Origin: Eledone cirrhosa | Lineage: Eukaryota | NCBI GenBank assembly: GCA_964016885.1 | Contig: OZ024759.1 | Coordinates: forward strand, 15,810,001 to 15,874,000 | Length of the DNA: 64,000 nucleotides | Reading direction: 5' to 3' | Part shown: piece by piece, positions 1 to 13,291 of the stretch | Layout of the letters: each line of letters starts with the position of its first letter | Position numbering within the stretch: position 1 is the stretch's first letter | Translations under genes and position numbers: made by a program | Notes under the pieces: model-generated | The model's database searches: none | What the model saw: only the letters and a program-made list of their open reading frames with translations | What the model was told of the DNA's origin: nothing

Positions 1-343
1 CAATGAATATAAAAACAGCAAAGGCAAGTTACTTTACCTATTCATATCGTTGATTCACGATCGTTTCGGAGGGTCGATTATATTGATATATTGTCCGATC
101 TATAGCAGTTATATAACTGTATACTATCAGACCTCATATATAGATTCGATCATACATTTATATATGCCCACACCTACTGATTTCAATTAGATTGCGGCCA
201 TACTGTGGCACAGTTTTACAGCTTCGAAAGGATTTTATTCGATACACTACTCATGTTTTCAGGTTTGGTACATATTCTATCGAATCCTTATGTCGAACCG
301 GTATGTTACGGGGTATAAACAATCATTTAACAAATACTCAAAT

Positions 344-417
<74 letters not shown>

Positions 418-419
<2 letters not shown>

Positions 420-897
420 GCAGATTTATGTCTGTGATTATTGGGGCACTGGGGTATGTTAGAAACTGCCCCAATGCAAATCTTGAGAAGCTGGGCTTCA
501 CAGGAACAGAAAGAACACAAATAGTTAGGAAATTACAAGTACAATCCATTAATGGAACAGTAAAAATATGTAAAACATTCCAAAAATTTGGCATCTAATA
601 ACTACATATACACATGTACAGATGCAAAGCATATACACATGCACACAGACAACTCAAAACATCCACATCCACATACAATAACATCCATACCTGCACACAC
701 ACACATACACATACATGCAGACGTGCATACATATCCACATCCACACATACAATAACATCCATATCTACAAATGCATGCATACATATCTACCTAGTTGATG
801 TTGTGTAAATTCCAATGAGAGAGTCTTGTGTCTATGTTAGAAACCGACTCTCTTTCTCTATTGGTAAAACTTTGTGAAATTATAAAACCAGAAGAAC
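418..897 (+). mobile_element. 3' end of an RLE-type (R4/Dong-like) non-LTR retrotransposon: C-terminal peptide plus 3' UTR, between (CA)n and (CATA)n
   Basis: Translation FMSVIIGALGYV...LEKLGF...RKLQVQSINGTVKICKTF* (stop at 598) resembles the IGALG...LG...LQ...GT C-terminus of restriction-like endonuclease domains. A hairpin (gagagagtc/gactctct) lies in the putative 3' UTR. Confidence 0.6.
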
Positions 898-931
898 ATA
901 CATACATACATACATACATACATACATAAAT

Positions 932-966
<35 letters not shown>

Positions 967-975
967 TACATATAT

Positions 976-1112
976 ATAGGAAAAGAGTCAGGATCCCGAC
1001 GCCCGAACTGTTGGGTTCCTGACTCTTTTCCTATTACCCACTCTACTACCCTAAGTATTGAGTACTCTGGTGCGTTATGGTCCACCTGGTATCCTACCCC
1101 ACCCTCTTTGTT
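976..1112 (+). mobile_element. TA-flanked foldback element, family A (short copy)
   Basis: Inverted arms 976-1000/1010-1034. The body ttacccactctactaccctaagtattgagtac...tccacctgg is shared with the copies at 2133-2323, 14196-14530 and (partly) 60508-60616. Confidence 0.8.
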
Positions 1113-1119
1113 ATATATA

Positions 1120-1152
<33 letters not shown>

Positions 1153-1161
<9 letters not shown>

Positions 1162-1606
1162 TAAAAAAATAATGAATAAAACAATGAAACAGTTCCTTAT
1201 ATTAAACAAAAAGTTCATTATTTAACGATCGTTTCTAGGACATATATGTGTTAGAATTGGCATGCATATTCAACAGATCTATGTACAAAATTATACAAAA
1301 TTATACAAACTATCAAATAGAATATACATACCAACACATACATATGCCGTCTTCAGAAATAATCAATTCTAACACATATATGTCCTAGAAACGATCGTTA
1401 AATAATGAACTTTTTTTGTTTAATATAAGGAACTGTTTCATTGTTTTATTCATTATTTTTTTAATATTTTATCTTGACTCTGTATTCCGTTTATCTTTCA
1501 CCGAAAGTGATTTTTGAATGCATCTCTTCTTTCCATGATATCCGGATTACATTGAGTTCTTCATACGGATTGGACACTACCGTAAACTTTTGGTAGATTT
1601 ATCTAC
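1153..1606. mobile_element. TA-flanked foldback element with hammerhead ribozyme
   Basis: Inverted arms 1153-1259/1364-1472, a unique tail to 1606, and (TA)n on both sides. Confidence 0.85.
1217..1363 (-). ncRNA. Type I hammerhead ribozyme with long helix II
   Basis: Minus strand: attattt-CTGAAGA-long imperfect helix II-GAAA-CGATCG-T-T-aaataat. Helix I is 7 bp and helix III is the palindrome AACGATCGTT. Confidence 0.75.
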
Positions 1607-2132
1607 ATATATATATATATATATATATATACGCCACCTACAAATGGTTATAACCTATAGGCTATATTAGAAGACGTATAGGACTGTGTGTGTGTGTGTA
1701 TATGTGTATACCTTTATGTGAGTATGGGTGGCTCAGTGTGCATATCTATGATTTTGCGTATATGTGTGTGTGCATGTATATGTGTGTGTGTGTGCATGTA
1801 TATATATGTTTACTTGTATGTGTATGTGTGTGTTCGTCTATGAAATATGAAATTCTAGTCTAAATCTGGCAGACAGTTATTATGGTCAGTCTCTCCTATC
1901 TTTTATATTTGAAACATTTCTCATGTCTAGACAACGATGAATGGGTGTCCTATACAAACTTAAATGTCTATTATAATTATATATGAGTATATTTATATAT
2001 GTATGCAATCATATATACACATAAACAACCACATATATACGTGCGCGTGATTTTCTTTTTGTATATGTATGTATATATTTATATATATATATATATATAT
2101 GTATGTAGGTATGTAGAGGTATCTAGGTATCT

Positions 2133-2319
2133 AAGGAAGTGTGGTAAGGAACCAGGTGAACCATAACGCACCAGAGTACTCAATACTTAGGGTAGTAGAG
2201 TGGGTAATAGGAAAATGTTTAACCCCGACGGCAGAACTCAAGCCATTTCGACCGGTATTTCTGGACAGTTCAGAAATAGCCGTCGAAACGGCTTGAGCTC
2301 TGTCGTCTGGGTTAAACAT

Positions 2320-2323
<4 letters not shown>
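2133..2323 (-). mobile_element. Family A foldback element carrying the HHR 3' half in a terminal hairpin
   Basis: Hairpin arms about 2211-2263/2271-2323 contain GAAACGGC-ttgagctct-gtcGTC. The body is the reverse complement of 1030-1100. Confidence 0.8.
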
Positions 2324-2379
<56 letters not shown>

Positions 2380-2413
2380 GTATGAGTATAGTTATCTATG
2401 TAGGTGTGTGTGC

Positions 2414-2455
<42 letters not shown>

Positions 2456-3584
2456 CTCACGTCTAGACAAGGATGAATGAGTGATCTATACAAATGTCTA
2501 TTACATTTATATACACATATAGATGTGTATATTCATGTATGTATTCATATATACACACACGCACAGACACACACATATATGTATTTCAAATATATATATG
2601 CATTTATATAGACAGTCACACACACACAGACACACATATATATATACACACACAGGCATATGTTTCTATACGTATGCTTTTATCCATCCATATATACATA
2701 CTACTTACACACGTATATATTTTAATATATGTGCATTTATATATGCATACACGCATATATATATGTGTGTGTGTGTGTGCATACATACATTGTGCGTGTG
2801 CGTGTGTGTGTGTGTATGTGTGCGTGCGCGCGTTCATACACACACAATATGTCTGACCGTTGTTGAATCGGGAGCAGTGAGTGAATAAAACATCAATACC
2901 GACAATGGGATGGCATAATTGGTCCCATTGAACAGGAGAGCACAAAAGCAAAACAAATAAGGGGAAGTAACAACATATACAACAACAATAACGAAAATAT
3001 CATAAAATAACTAAACGAAAAACAAAATAATAACAAAATGGCGGATATCGAAATGAAAAAAAAAATGGACGAGACGAAAGGTCGGTCTCCTCTTGAAAGA
3101 TTACGTTGAAAGTGGAAAAATGGCAATAATATAAGAAAGAGGGGAATGAAAAGAGGAGAAAGGGGGGAATGAAAAGAGATGAAATAAAACGGAAAGTGAA
3201 TAAATAGTACTATAATAAGGTGAAATGAAAGAAAGAGAAAAAAAAGAATTAGGAAAGAAATATATAAAAGAAAGAATACGATGAGGTGAGATGAAAAGAT
3301 ATAAATAAATACTCTCTAAATATATCTATTTTTGGTATATAGCAGAAAGTTATGTGAGGTTGTGTGTTTATATATATATATACATGCAGACACAGAAGTG
3401 TAGACAGACTTACACATATGCCTAAATATATATATACATACTCACATCCATATGCACAAATATAAGCTTAGGTATATATCTATGTACATATATATATATA
3501 TGCAGACACAGGCATGTAGAGACAGATAGACTTATACATATGTCTAAATAGATATACATATTCAAAACTATATACACAAATATG

Positions 3585-3603
3585 CCCATATATATATATA
3601 TAT

Positions 3604-3646
<43 letters not shown>

Positions 3647-4350
3647 TATATACATATATATACATATATATATACATATATATATACATATATATATATA
3701 CATATATATATACATATATATACATATATATATACATATATATATACATATATATATATACATATATACATATATATATATACATATATACATATATATA
3801 TACACATATATACATATATATATATACATATATACATATATATATACACATATATACATATATACATATATACATATATATATACATATATACATATATA
3901 TACATATATACATATATATATACATATATACATATATATACATATATACATATATATATACATATATACATATATATACATATATACATATATATATACA
4001 TATATACATATATACATACATATATACATATATACATACATATATACATATATACATATATATATACATATATATATATATACATATATATATACATATA
4101 TATATATATACATACATATATACATATATACATACATATATACATATATACATACATATATACATATATACACATATATATATATATACATATATACACA
4201 CATATATATATATACATATATACACACATATATATATATATACATATATACACATATATATATACATATATACACACATATATATATATACATATATACA
4301 CATATATATATATATACATATATACACATATATATATATATACATATATA

Positions 4351-4384
<34 letters not shown>

Positions 4385-4423
4385 TACATATATACATATA
4401 TACATACATATATACATATATAC

Positions 4424-4454
<31 letters not shown>

Positions 4455-4471
4455 CATATATACATATATAC

Positions 4472-4502
<31 letters not shown>

Positions 4503-4535
4503 CATATATATATACATATATACATATATATATAT

Positions 4536-4584
<49 letters not shown>

Positions 4585-4635
4585 CATATATACATATATA
4601 CATATATACATATATACATATATATACATATACAT
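3585..4635. repeat. (TA)n/(TACA)n compound microsatellite, representative of many similar blocks (22.7-23.9, 27.6-29.1, 30.6-31.5, 32.4-33.1, 34.2-35.4, 43.8-45.0, 47.8-49.2, 50.5-53.0 kb)
   Basis: Direct inspection. These blocks produce the YI/HI/CV-repeat ORFs in the track. Confidence 0.97.
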
Positions 4636-4947
4636 ACAGGCATGTGTAGACAGATATACTGATGCATATGTCTAAATGAATATACATATTCACATCTATA
4701 TGCACAAATATACACATAAGTATAAATGTGTATGTATATTATGCAGATGCATTCTCTTGTACATGTATGTATATATAAAGAACTCAATACTTTTGGAAAT
4801 AAAGTATTCCGCTGAGAACAATATCCAACACGCTTCAGACTTTCACTGTTTTATAGCTCTCCAGATCTATGAAAAGAGTGAAACGACGCTTCGGCGTATA
4901 GAATATTATTCTCATATATATATATATATATATACATATATATATAC

Positions 4948-5020
<73 letters not shown>

Positions 5021-5569
5021 CATATATATATACACATATATATATATATACACATATATATATATATACACATATATATATATATACACATATATATATA
5101 TATACACATATATATATACACATATATATACACATATATATATACACACATATATATACACACATATATATATACACACATATATATATACACATATATA
5201 TATACACATATATATATACACATATATATATATACACATATATATATATACACATATATATATATACACATATATATACACATATATATACACATATATA
5301 TACACATATATATATATACACATATATATACACATATATATATACACACATATATATATACACATATATATATACACATATATATATATACACATATATA
5401 TATACACATATATATACACATATATATACACATATATATATACACATATATATACACATATATATACACATATATATACACATATATATATACGCATATA
5501 TATATATATATACACATATATATATATATACACACACACATATATAGATATACAGATATATATATATAT

Positions 5570-6150
5570 ATGATGACTGCCAACTCGTTTTCGAGTACGG
5601 CCACTACTTTATATCCATGTAGGAGAACCCCTACCGATACGCTGAACGAGTGTGACTTTTTAGTCCAGCCAGCGACTTGAAAACTCTGGTACAAACACTA
5701 CACTTGTGACAATTATTGACACATAGTGCTGGGCCCATGGTACCCTGTGACGACAAGTGCAGAGAGATCTCCAGATATAAAGCAATGCCTGTGCCGTGAA
5801 GCTTTTATAGTGAGCAAAGGCACTGCACAAAGCCAGTCCCACTCTCTTAACCAAGATGATATTTACCAAAAAGAAGAACAAGTCGACATCATTGGATACC
5901 GTCAGGGTTGCAGGTCTTATATCAGAGTTTTCCTTCTCCTAGAATTCTGCCTTGACAAAGGCTAAGGGGTCATCTCTCCCGGTGATTTTGGATGGCCATT
6001 GACTCTTAAGAGCTCCTTTGCCCTTTGACAGGTTTTGTTTTTAGTCCTGCAGGATGTCCAAAGTCACCCTCCTCACCAAGAAACCTTGGTGGGGTTGCCA
6101 GTTTAGTCGCCAGCGACCCGACGATGAGACATATGTATGAGACCTGTCTC
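5570..6150 (-). mobile_element. Non-autonomous RTE-related element (family D)
   Basis: Highly similar inverted copy at 33571-34163. Its 3' end gtggccgtactcgaaaacgagttggcagtcatca resembles the RTE 3' end at 30572-30607. Confidence 0.75.
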
Positions 6151-6326
6151 ATATATATATATACATATATACACACACATATATATATATACATATACAC
6201 ATATATATATATACACATACACATATATATATATACACATATACATATATATATATACATATACACATATATATATATACACATATACACATATATACAC
6301 ATATATATATACACATATATATACAC

Positions 6327-6357
<31 letters not shown>

Positions 6358-7062
6358 TACACATACATATATACACATACACATATACACACACATATAC
6401 ACATACATATATACACATACACATACACATACATATATACACATACATATACACATATACATATACACACATACACATACATATATACACATACATATAC
6501 ACATACATATACACACACACACATACACATATACACATACATATATACACACACATATATACACATACATATATACACATACATATATACACATACATAT
6601 ATACACATATACACACACATACACATATACACATACACACATACATATATACACATACACACATACATACATACACGTACACATATACACATACACACAT
6701 ACACATACATATATACACATACACATACATACATACATACACATACATATATACACATACATATATACACATATATATATACACATACATATCCATATAT
6801 ATATATATATGCGTGCTTTATCACTACTGTTGTATGACCACTCTGTTGATCTCCGTTATCGTAAATAATATAATAATAAATAAATGTTTTTTTTCTTGTT
6901 AGTTTTTCTTCTCATTCTTCCCTTTGTCATATCTTTGCTACATGAACTCTCTATATATATTATTTACATCAATACAAACATAGCTTCCATAAAGAAACTG
7001 GAACAATATCGAAAATATGCTGGAAATATTCCCACCCTCTTTTCATCGCTGTGTGTGTGTGT

Positions 7063-7102
<40 letters not shown>

Positions 7103-7701
7103 ATCTATGTATGTGTATGTATGCATGTGTATGGGTATGTACGTATTCATGTGTGTGTATGCATGTGTGCATGTATTTTTACGCATGTATGTATGTACAT
7201 GTGTGTATATGTATACATATGTATGTATATATGTATTTATGTGTGTATGTGTGCATGTGTGCGTGTATGTATATGCGTGTATGTATGTATATCTGTGTGT
7301 GTGTGTATGTATGTATGTACGTATATGTGTATGTACATGTGGGTATATATGTATATGTGTGTGTGTATGTCTATGTGTGTGTGTATGTCTATGTGTGTGT
7401 ATGTATGTGTGTGTGTATGTATATATATGTGTGTGTGTGTGTGTAGGTGTGTAACCTTCTTCCGGTATCGATAAGACAAAATACTTCTGTCCATTACTTG
7501 TTCAGGGGGCGATAACTGTTGACCTATTCAATCGAAGGTTTAACAACATCACCTGACTCTTGGGTTCTCCTTCCGCAGAAACGTGGCTTAGTGTTTAGTT
7601 CGTTCGGTTTGCAATCGAAAGGTTGGGAGTTCAATTACTGGTAGATTTAATCTATTGGCCCGCCTCCCATGGAATCTATAGTTGGTATTTTATAAATACA
7701 A

Positions 7702-8003
7702 ACGTGGCCTAGTGGTAAGGGTGTTGGGCTTACGATCATAATGTCGTGGGTTCGATTCCTGGACTGGGTTGTGTATTGTGTTCTTGATACAAAACACTTA
7801 ATTTGTGTTGTGTTCAAAACACTTAATTTTACGTTGCTCCAGTATACTCAGCTGAAAACGAGTACCAGCAATAGCTGGGGATTAACCCAGCGTTGGACTG
7901 GTGACCTCTCCTGGGGAAGTCGCGTATTCCCTGTCGCTTCATGCCACGGAAACTGAGATAAGTACTGGCCTGATGAGACTCTGGACACGAGACAGACTTG
8001 AAC
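7702..8003 (+). mobile_element. tRNA-derived SINE, family B (CORE/V-like central region)
   Basis: A box tggcctagtgg, B box ggttcgattcc, then tgtgttcttga... and a tail homologous to 39041-39321. Confidence 0.85.
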
Positions 8004-8126
8004 TAAAATTGAGAGATGGCGCTGCGTTAAAAATATCTTATAAATGTTTAGTTATGTTTAAGTTTTCAGTTCAGTTCCTACCAAAGTTTATCATTTATAC
8101 CAATAAAATATATAATGATATCTAGT

Positions 8127-8333
8127 ATAGGCACAAGGCCGGTAATTGGAGGGAGGGGAAAGTCGATTAAATCGACTCCAGTATATTACTGGTACTTTAT
8201 TTTATGGACCCCTTAAGGATGAAAGGCAAAGTTAACCCCAGCGGGATTTGAACTCAGACCGTAAAGGGCTGTAACTATATGCTGCAAAGCATAGAGTCTG
8301 ACGCTCTACCGATACTGCCAATCCACCGCCCTA
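8127..8333 (-). mobile_element. tRNA-derived SINE, family C (Meta-like domain)
   Basis: Minus strand reads gggcggtggattggcag...gagttcaaatcccgc...gcctttcatcct...aaataaagtaccag. More than 10 copies occur in the window. Confidence 0.85.
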
Positions 8334-8577
8334 TACCAATTCAATATATATTTAGAAAACAAATTGATCAACAAGATCTCAGACCTCATTCGTTTACCCA
8401 GCGGTGTGGAACTCGTCAAATCAAACCGAGGAAATAGTGTTTCCATTGCTGACACTAACGGTCGCCACTCCTCTTGGCAGAAAGGGGACATAACACATCG
8501 CCCTGTCCGGTCATCGAACAATGTTTCCATTGGTCTTTCCATTGCTGACACTATCAACCAGTCGCAACTCCTGGCAG

Positions 8578-8696
8578 AAAAAGCAACGTGAAATAAAGTG
8601 TCTTGCTCAAGGACATAACGCATCGCCCAGTCCTGGAATCGAATTCGCAACCTCACGATTGCGAATCCAACTATCTAACCACTAAGCCACGCGCTT
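8578..8696 (-). mobile_element. SINE family B head
   Basis: Reverse complement of cgcgtggcttagtggttag...tgtccttgagcaagacactttatttcacgttgc. Confidence 0.75.
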
Positions 8697-8710
8697 TCAA
8701 AATATATATA

Positions 8711-8897
8711 CCAGGCATGTCAAACTGAGGGTGCCCCGAGGACCACATGGGTCACATATATGTTGTCTGAGGGCCACACACGACAACTAATTGCGCACAT
8801 TACAACTAATTTTACGAAGATAAAACATGCTCGCGCTGTAAATATTTTTGTACGGGCCGCAGGTGTGCTTGTAAAGGGCCGCATGTGGCTCGCCTGA
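8711..8897. mobile_element. Probable hAT-like MITE fragment
   Basis: Starts caggcatgtcaaact and has repeated gggccgca/gggccaca subterminal motifs typical of hAT (Charlie-like) non-autonomous elements. No intact second TIR. Confidence 0.4.
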
Positions 8898-9154
8898 TAT
8901 ATATAATTGAGTATTGAGCTTGATTTTAAGTTCCCATCTCAAAAAGTTCTTGTTCTGTCACTATGCCTAAAACAAATGTATCTATCGGTAAATGTAGGAC
9001 TTTAAAAACCGTCAAATTTATTCTACGTTCTGAGTTCCAACACATTTTATGTCGACTTTGTATTTTATCCTTCCGGTTTAACCGGAAGCATATTCATGAA
9101 AAGTATTGGCTTCAAATAAATTGTCTCATTCTGTGCGATCTTATGTATTAGTTA

Positions 9155-9345
9155 GCCATGGATTGGTAGAGTTCTTAGCAATATTTGTTCCGAGAGAGTA
9201 CATTCTGTGTTCAAATCCCATGGAGGTCGATTTTGCTTTTCACCTTTCCGGAGTCGATAAAATAAACTACTAGTCAAGTACAGTGGTCGATTTAATCCAT
9301 GTTCACCTTCCCCAAAATTGCTGGCCTTGTTCCAACGTTAAAAAG
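9155..9345 (+). mobile_element. Degenerate SINE family C
   Basis: gttcaaatccca...gcttttcacctttccggagtcgataaaataa...gctggccttgt. Confidence 0.7.
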
Positions 9346-9412
9346 AATTACTTTTTAGGTAGGGTTGTTGATTGACAGAGTCATAAGAGCGTCAAACAAA
9401 TGCTGGGCGTTA

Positions 9413-10110
9413 CTTGATCCAAGTGTTTATCATTTCATCCAAGTGTTTATCATTTGATCCAAGTGTTTATCATTTGATCCAAGTGTTTATCATTTGATCC
9501 AAGTGTTTATCATTTGATCCAAGTGTTTATCATTTGATCCAAGTGTTTATCATTTGATCCAAGTGTTTATCTTTTGATCCAAGTGTTTATCATTTGATCC
9601 AAGTGTTTATCTTTTGATCCAAGTGTTTATCATTTGATCCAAGAGTTTATCATTTCATCCAAGAGTTTATCATTTCATCCAAGTGTTTATCATTTCATCC
9701 AAGTGTTTATCATTTGATCCAAGTATCTATTATTTCATCCAAGAGCGGTGGTTTAGCAGTATCAGTAGAGTGTCAGACACTATGCTTTGCAGAATAGAGT
9801 TATGGCCCTTTACGTTCTGGGTTCAAATCCCGCCGAGGTTAACTTCGCATTTCATCCTTACGGGATCGATAAAATAAAGTTCCAGTAATGCACTGAAGTA
9901 ATTGCTGGTCTCGTGCCAAAAGTAGAAACAATTATTTGAACCAAGTGTTTATCATTTCATCCAAGTGTTTATCATTTGATCCAAGTGTTATCATTTGATC
10001 CAAGTGTTTATCATTTCATCCAAGTGTTTATAATTTCATCCAAGTGTTTATCATTTGATCCAAATGTTTATTATTTGATCCAAGTGTCTATCATTTCATC
10101 CAAGTGTTTA
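9413..10110. repeat. 20-bp minisatellite (ATCCAAGTGTTTATCATTTG), interrupted by a SINE C copy at 9744-9935
   Basis: Three units per 60-nt line; about 16 copies before and about 8-9 after the SINE. Confidence 0.95.
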
Positions 10111-10260
10111 TTTTCTGAGTTCAAATCCCGCAGAATTCAAATTTGTGTCTCATTCTTACAGAGTTGATAAAACCAAGTACAAGTGAGATAATGGGGACAA
10201 TATAATCGATTTCCCCTCCTCCTTATCCAATTCACTGGCGTTCTGCATTGACTGGAAATA

Positions 10261-10450
10261 AAGGGTTGTAGATTGGCAACATCGAATGAAACGCCATTGC
10301 GGTATTTGTTCTAGCTCTTCACTTTGAGAGTTCAAATCACGCCGAGTTAAACTTTGCCTTTCATCTTTCTGAACTCGATAGAATAAAGTAGCAGCCATGC
10401 ACTGGAGTCGATGTAATCGACTTTCCCTAAATTGCTGGCTTTGTGCGTAA
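10261..10450 (+). mobile_element. SINE family C
   Basis: gagttcaaatcacgccgag...gcctttcatctt...ctcgatagaataaagta. Confidence 0.75.
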
Positions 10451-10555
10451 ATTAAACATCACGTTTTAGCTAAAGGTTTTGGGGTGGCAGAATCGTCAGA
10501 AAACCAGATTTATTGCTACATACTAAGGTCGATAGATGACGAAGGATCAGTTGAA

Positions 10556-10850
10556 ATTCATAGGTTGATGATGGAGTGATGCTAGAGCTGTGAAATGTCG
10601 CATGCATTAATTTCAACTCTTCTTAATAACTGCATTGTTTCTTTCCAAGGATTATGTTGAAAAATAAACCTCATTTGGTCATTCCATGAGAGTATCTTAG
10701 TCAGCCTATGAAGGAATGATGCTAGCTAGGGCTGTGAAATCTTGCATGCATTAATTTCAACTCTTCTTAGTAACTGCATTGTTTGTTTCCAAGGATTATG
10801 TTGAAAAATAAACCTCATTTGATAATTTCATGAGAGTTTCTTCATCAGCG
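10556..10850. mobile_element. Small TIR element (MITE), partly tandem-duplicated; another partial copy at 63274-63352
   Basis: Inverted termini ttcatagg(c/t)tga ... tcagcctatgaa; two units of about 140 bp. Confidence 0.55.
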
Positions 10851-11155
10851 TTTAAACCTATCCATATATATCCATATATATATAAATATATATATACAAC
10901 AACGGGGGAAGATTTGCGTTCAGGGGGAAGGGTGGGAGAGGTCTTTTAGTTGTTTTGGGGAGGTTTTTTTAGTTTATTTTGCTTTGTTTGATTGTTTGTT
11001 TTCTCCTTATTTGTCAAAGTTCACATCCTACTAAGAACAATCTTGCTGGGCTTTTGTTAATTATCCTTTTCGGGGGATTAAAATAGACCTTCAGTCAAGT
11101 ACCGGGGTCGATTTAAAGCGGCCATTAATTGTTGCCAAAATATAATAGTTCTCCT

Positions 11156-11189
<34 letters not shown>

Positions 11190-11557
11190 AGTATATATAG
11201 AAAAACATACATATAGCACATATATATGTAATAAGAGAGATAAAAGCAACAAGATACAAGATTTTAAAAAATAACAAATTAGACGATTTACCTTTGGCGT
11301 ATTAACCTCCTTGATCGATGTGTATATGTGGTGGTTATGATGGTGGTGATGATGATGGTTGTGTTGGGGCTGAATATCCGCAGACAGATAATTATATCTT
11401 TCTGATAATTGAGTTAGCAATTATTCTCAACATTCTACCGAAAGATAGATTTCTATACGTTTATCATCAACGAGAATGACTTCAAATTAGGCTATTAGAG
11501 ATGACGCTAATTGCAACACCTATGCAAATAGGTAAAAATTAGGGGGAAAAAAAAAAA

Positions 11558-11588
<31 letters not shown>

Positions 11589-11772
11589 ATAAGGTATTGG
11601 TGAGATAGATAGAGTAGAAGAAAGTACGAGATTGGTAGAGAATGAGAAAAGGAGAGAAGCGGGAAGAAGGGAGAGAGGTAGGAGGATATAGATTTTGAGA
11701 GAGAAAGAGAGATTACAAAGGAATGGCAGGATTGAGAGAAAAGCAACAAGGAAATACTGCTCTCTCTCTCTC

Positions 11773-11844
<72 letters not shown>

Positions 11845-12839
11845 ACACACACACAGATAGATATATAAACAGCTAATTTATATATATTTATTACTACATA
11901 TATATATACACACACACACACAGATAGATAGATATATAAACAGCTAATTTATATATATTTATTACTACATATATATATACACACACACACACAGATAGAT
12001 AGATAGATATATAAACAGCTAATTTATATATATTTATTACTATATATAGAGAGAGAGAGACATATCTATATATAGACATAATGCGAAGAAATACCTATGA
12101 TGGCTAGTAGAGCACTGATGATGGATAGTCCTGGCTTCTATTTCTAATTCTTCATTTTAATTTGTATGTATGTGTGTGTGTGTGTATATAGAGAGAGAGA
12201 GAGATACATAAAGAGAGAGCGCTAGATAGGTGTGGGGGGTGTATTTGTGTGTGTGTATATATATATATATATGTATTTGTATGTGTGTATATGTATCTTT
12301 ATGTATGTAAACATATGTGTATGTTTGCATATATATGTGTGTGTGCGTATACGTATGTAAGAAAATTATAGAATATACTTTTATCTTCATTTGTATATAT
12401 TTAAAAACAGGAAAAGATCGAAAAAAATCGAATGAAAAATATAGATAATGCAGTGAAGGGGGAGATGTGGAACGCTATACCTTTGGGTGGGTCGTATATC
12501 TCAGCTGCCCTTCATGGACATGATGACGAAAGCATTGCCGCAGAGAAAACCCAGTAATTAACGCTACGTCAGGCATTCCATATGTCATTATTCCATCCTC
12601 AGACAAGATGGAATCTTCCAGATTTGAGCGGTCGAAGGTGAGAAGGGAGAAGGAAAGAGACAGTCAAGTCACCAAGAGCTCTACAGGTCTACATGGTGAC
12701 CAGGACGAAAAGGAAGCTGTCAGCCAAAGCCCTTATGTATTAGAAAATGGAATAAGCAACAGAGCAGCCACACATGCGAATAGTTTGACTATATAATTTA
12801 ACGGTGTTTCGAATGTATAACTCATCGACAATGATCCGA

Positions 12840-12876
<37 letters not shown>

Positions 12877-12885
<9 letters not shown>

Positions 12886-13258
12886 TGTAAGCTATCGCCG
12901 TATTTTGACTAAAGAAATTAAAGAAATTATTTAGCCTGACAGTGGGGTTAAGAACCCTCGGAGAAATGGAAAAAGATGAGTATTGACGTACATGGGAGTC
13001 GAACCCACATCTTTGGTTATCCGGACCACTGTGCTACCATTGATGTGTTGGTGTAAATGGTAGCACAGTGGTCCGGATAACCAAAGATGTGGGTTCGACT
13101 CCCATGTACGTCAATACTCATCTTTTTCCATTTCTCCGAGGGTTCTTAACCCCACTGTCAGGCTAAATAATTTCTTTAATTTCTTTAGTCAAAATACGGC
13201 GATAGCTTACATTTCTAATAATTTCAAACTAACTCACTGTTTCGAAAATATTCTTACT

Positions 13259-13259
<1 letters not shown>
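12877..13259 (+). mobile_element. tRNA-headed foldback element in (TA)n
   Basis: Near-perfect inverted arms 12877-13041/13056-13220, a 14-nt loop, a tail to 13259, and TA tracts on both sides. Confidence 0.85.
13040..13114 (+). pseudogene. tRNA-like head (SINE-type Pol III promoter), not a canonical tRNA
   Basis: Acceptor stem ttgatgtg/tacgtcaa, A box tggtgtaaatgg, T loop ggttcgactcc. The anticodon loop ccggata lacks U33. Confidence 0.75.

Positions 13260-13290
<31 letters not shown>

Positions 13291-13291
<1 letters not shown>

Noticed and set aside
52-200. Minus-strand GAAACGATCGT resembling an HHR 3' half
   Set aside because: No matching CUGANGA/UUGANAA core with helix I was found, and position 17 would be G.
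4803-4907. HHR-like CTGAGAA...GAAACGACGC-TTCG-GCGTA
   Set aside because: C3-A8 mismatch, a 3-nt duplication and an unclear helix II; at best a decayed copy.
7966-7980. CTGATGA in a SINE B tail
   Set aside because: Part of the SINE tail, not conserved at about 39290, and no downstream GAAA or helices.
13040-13114. Functional tRNA gene
   Set aside because: Non-canonical anticodon loop and embedded in a foldback repeat; treated as a SINE head.
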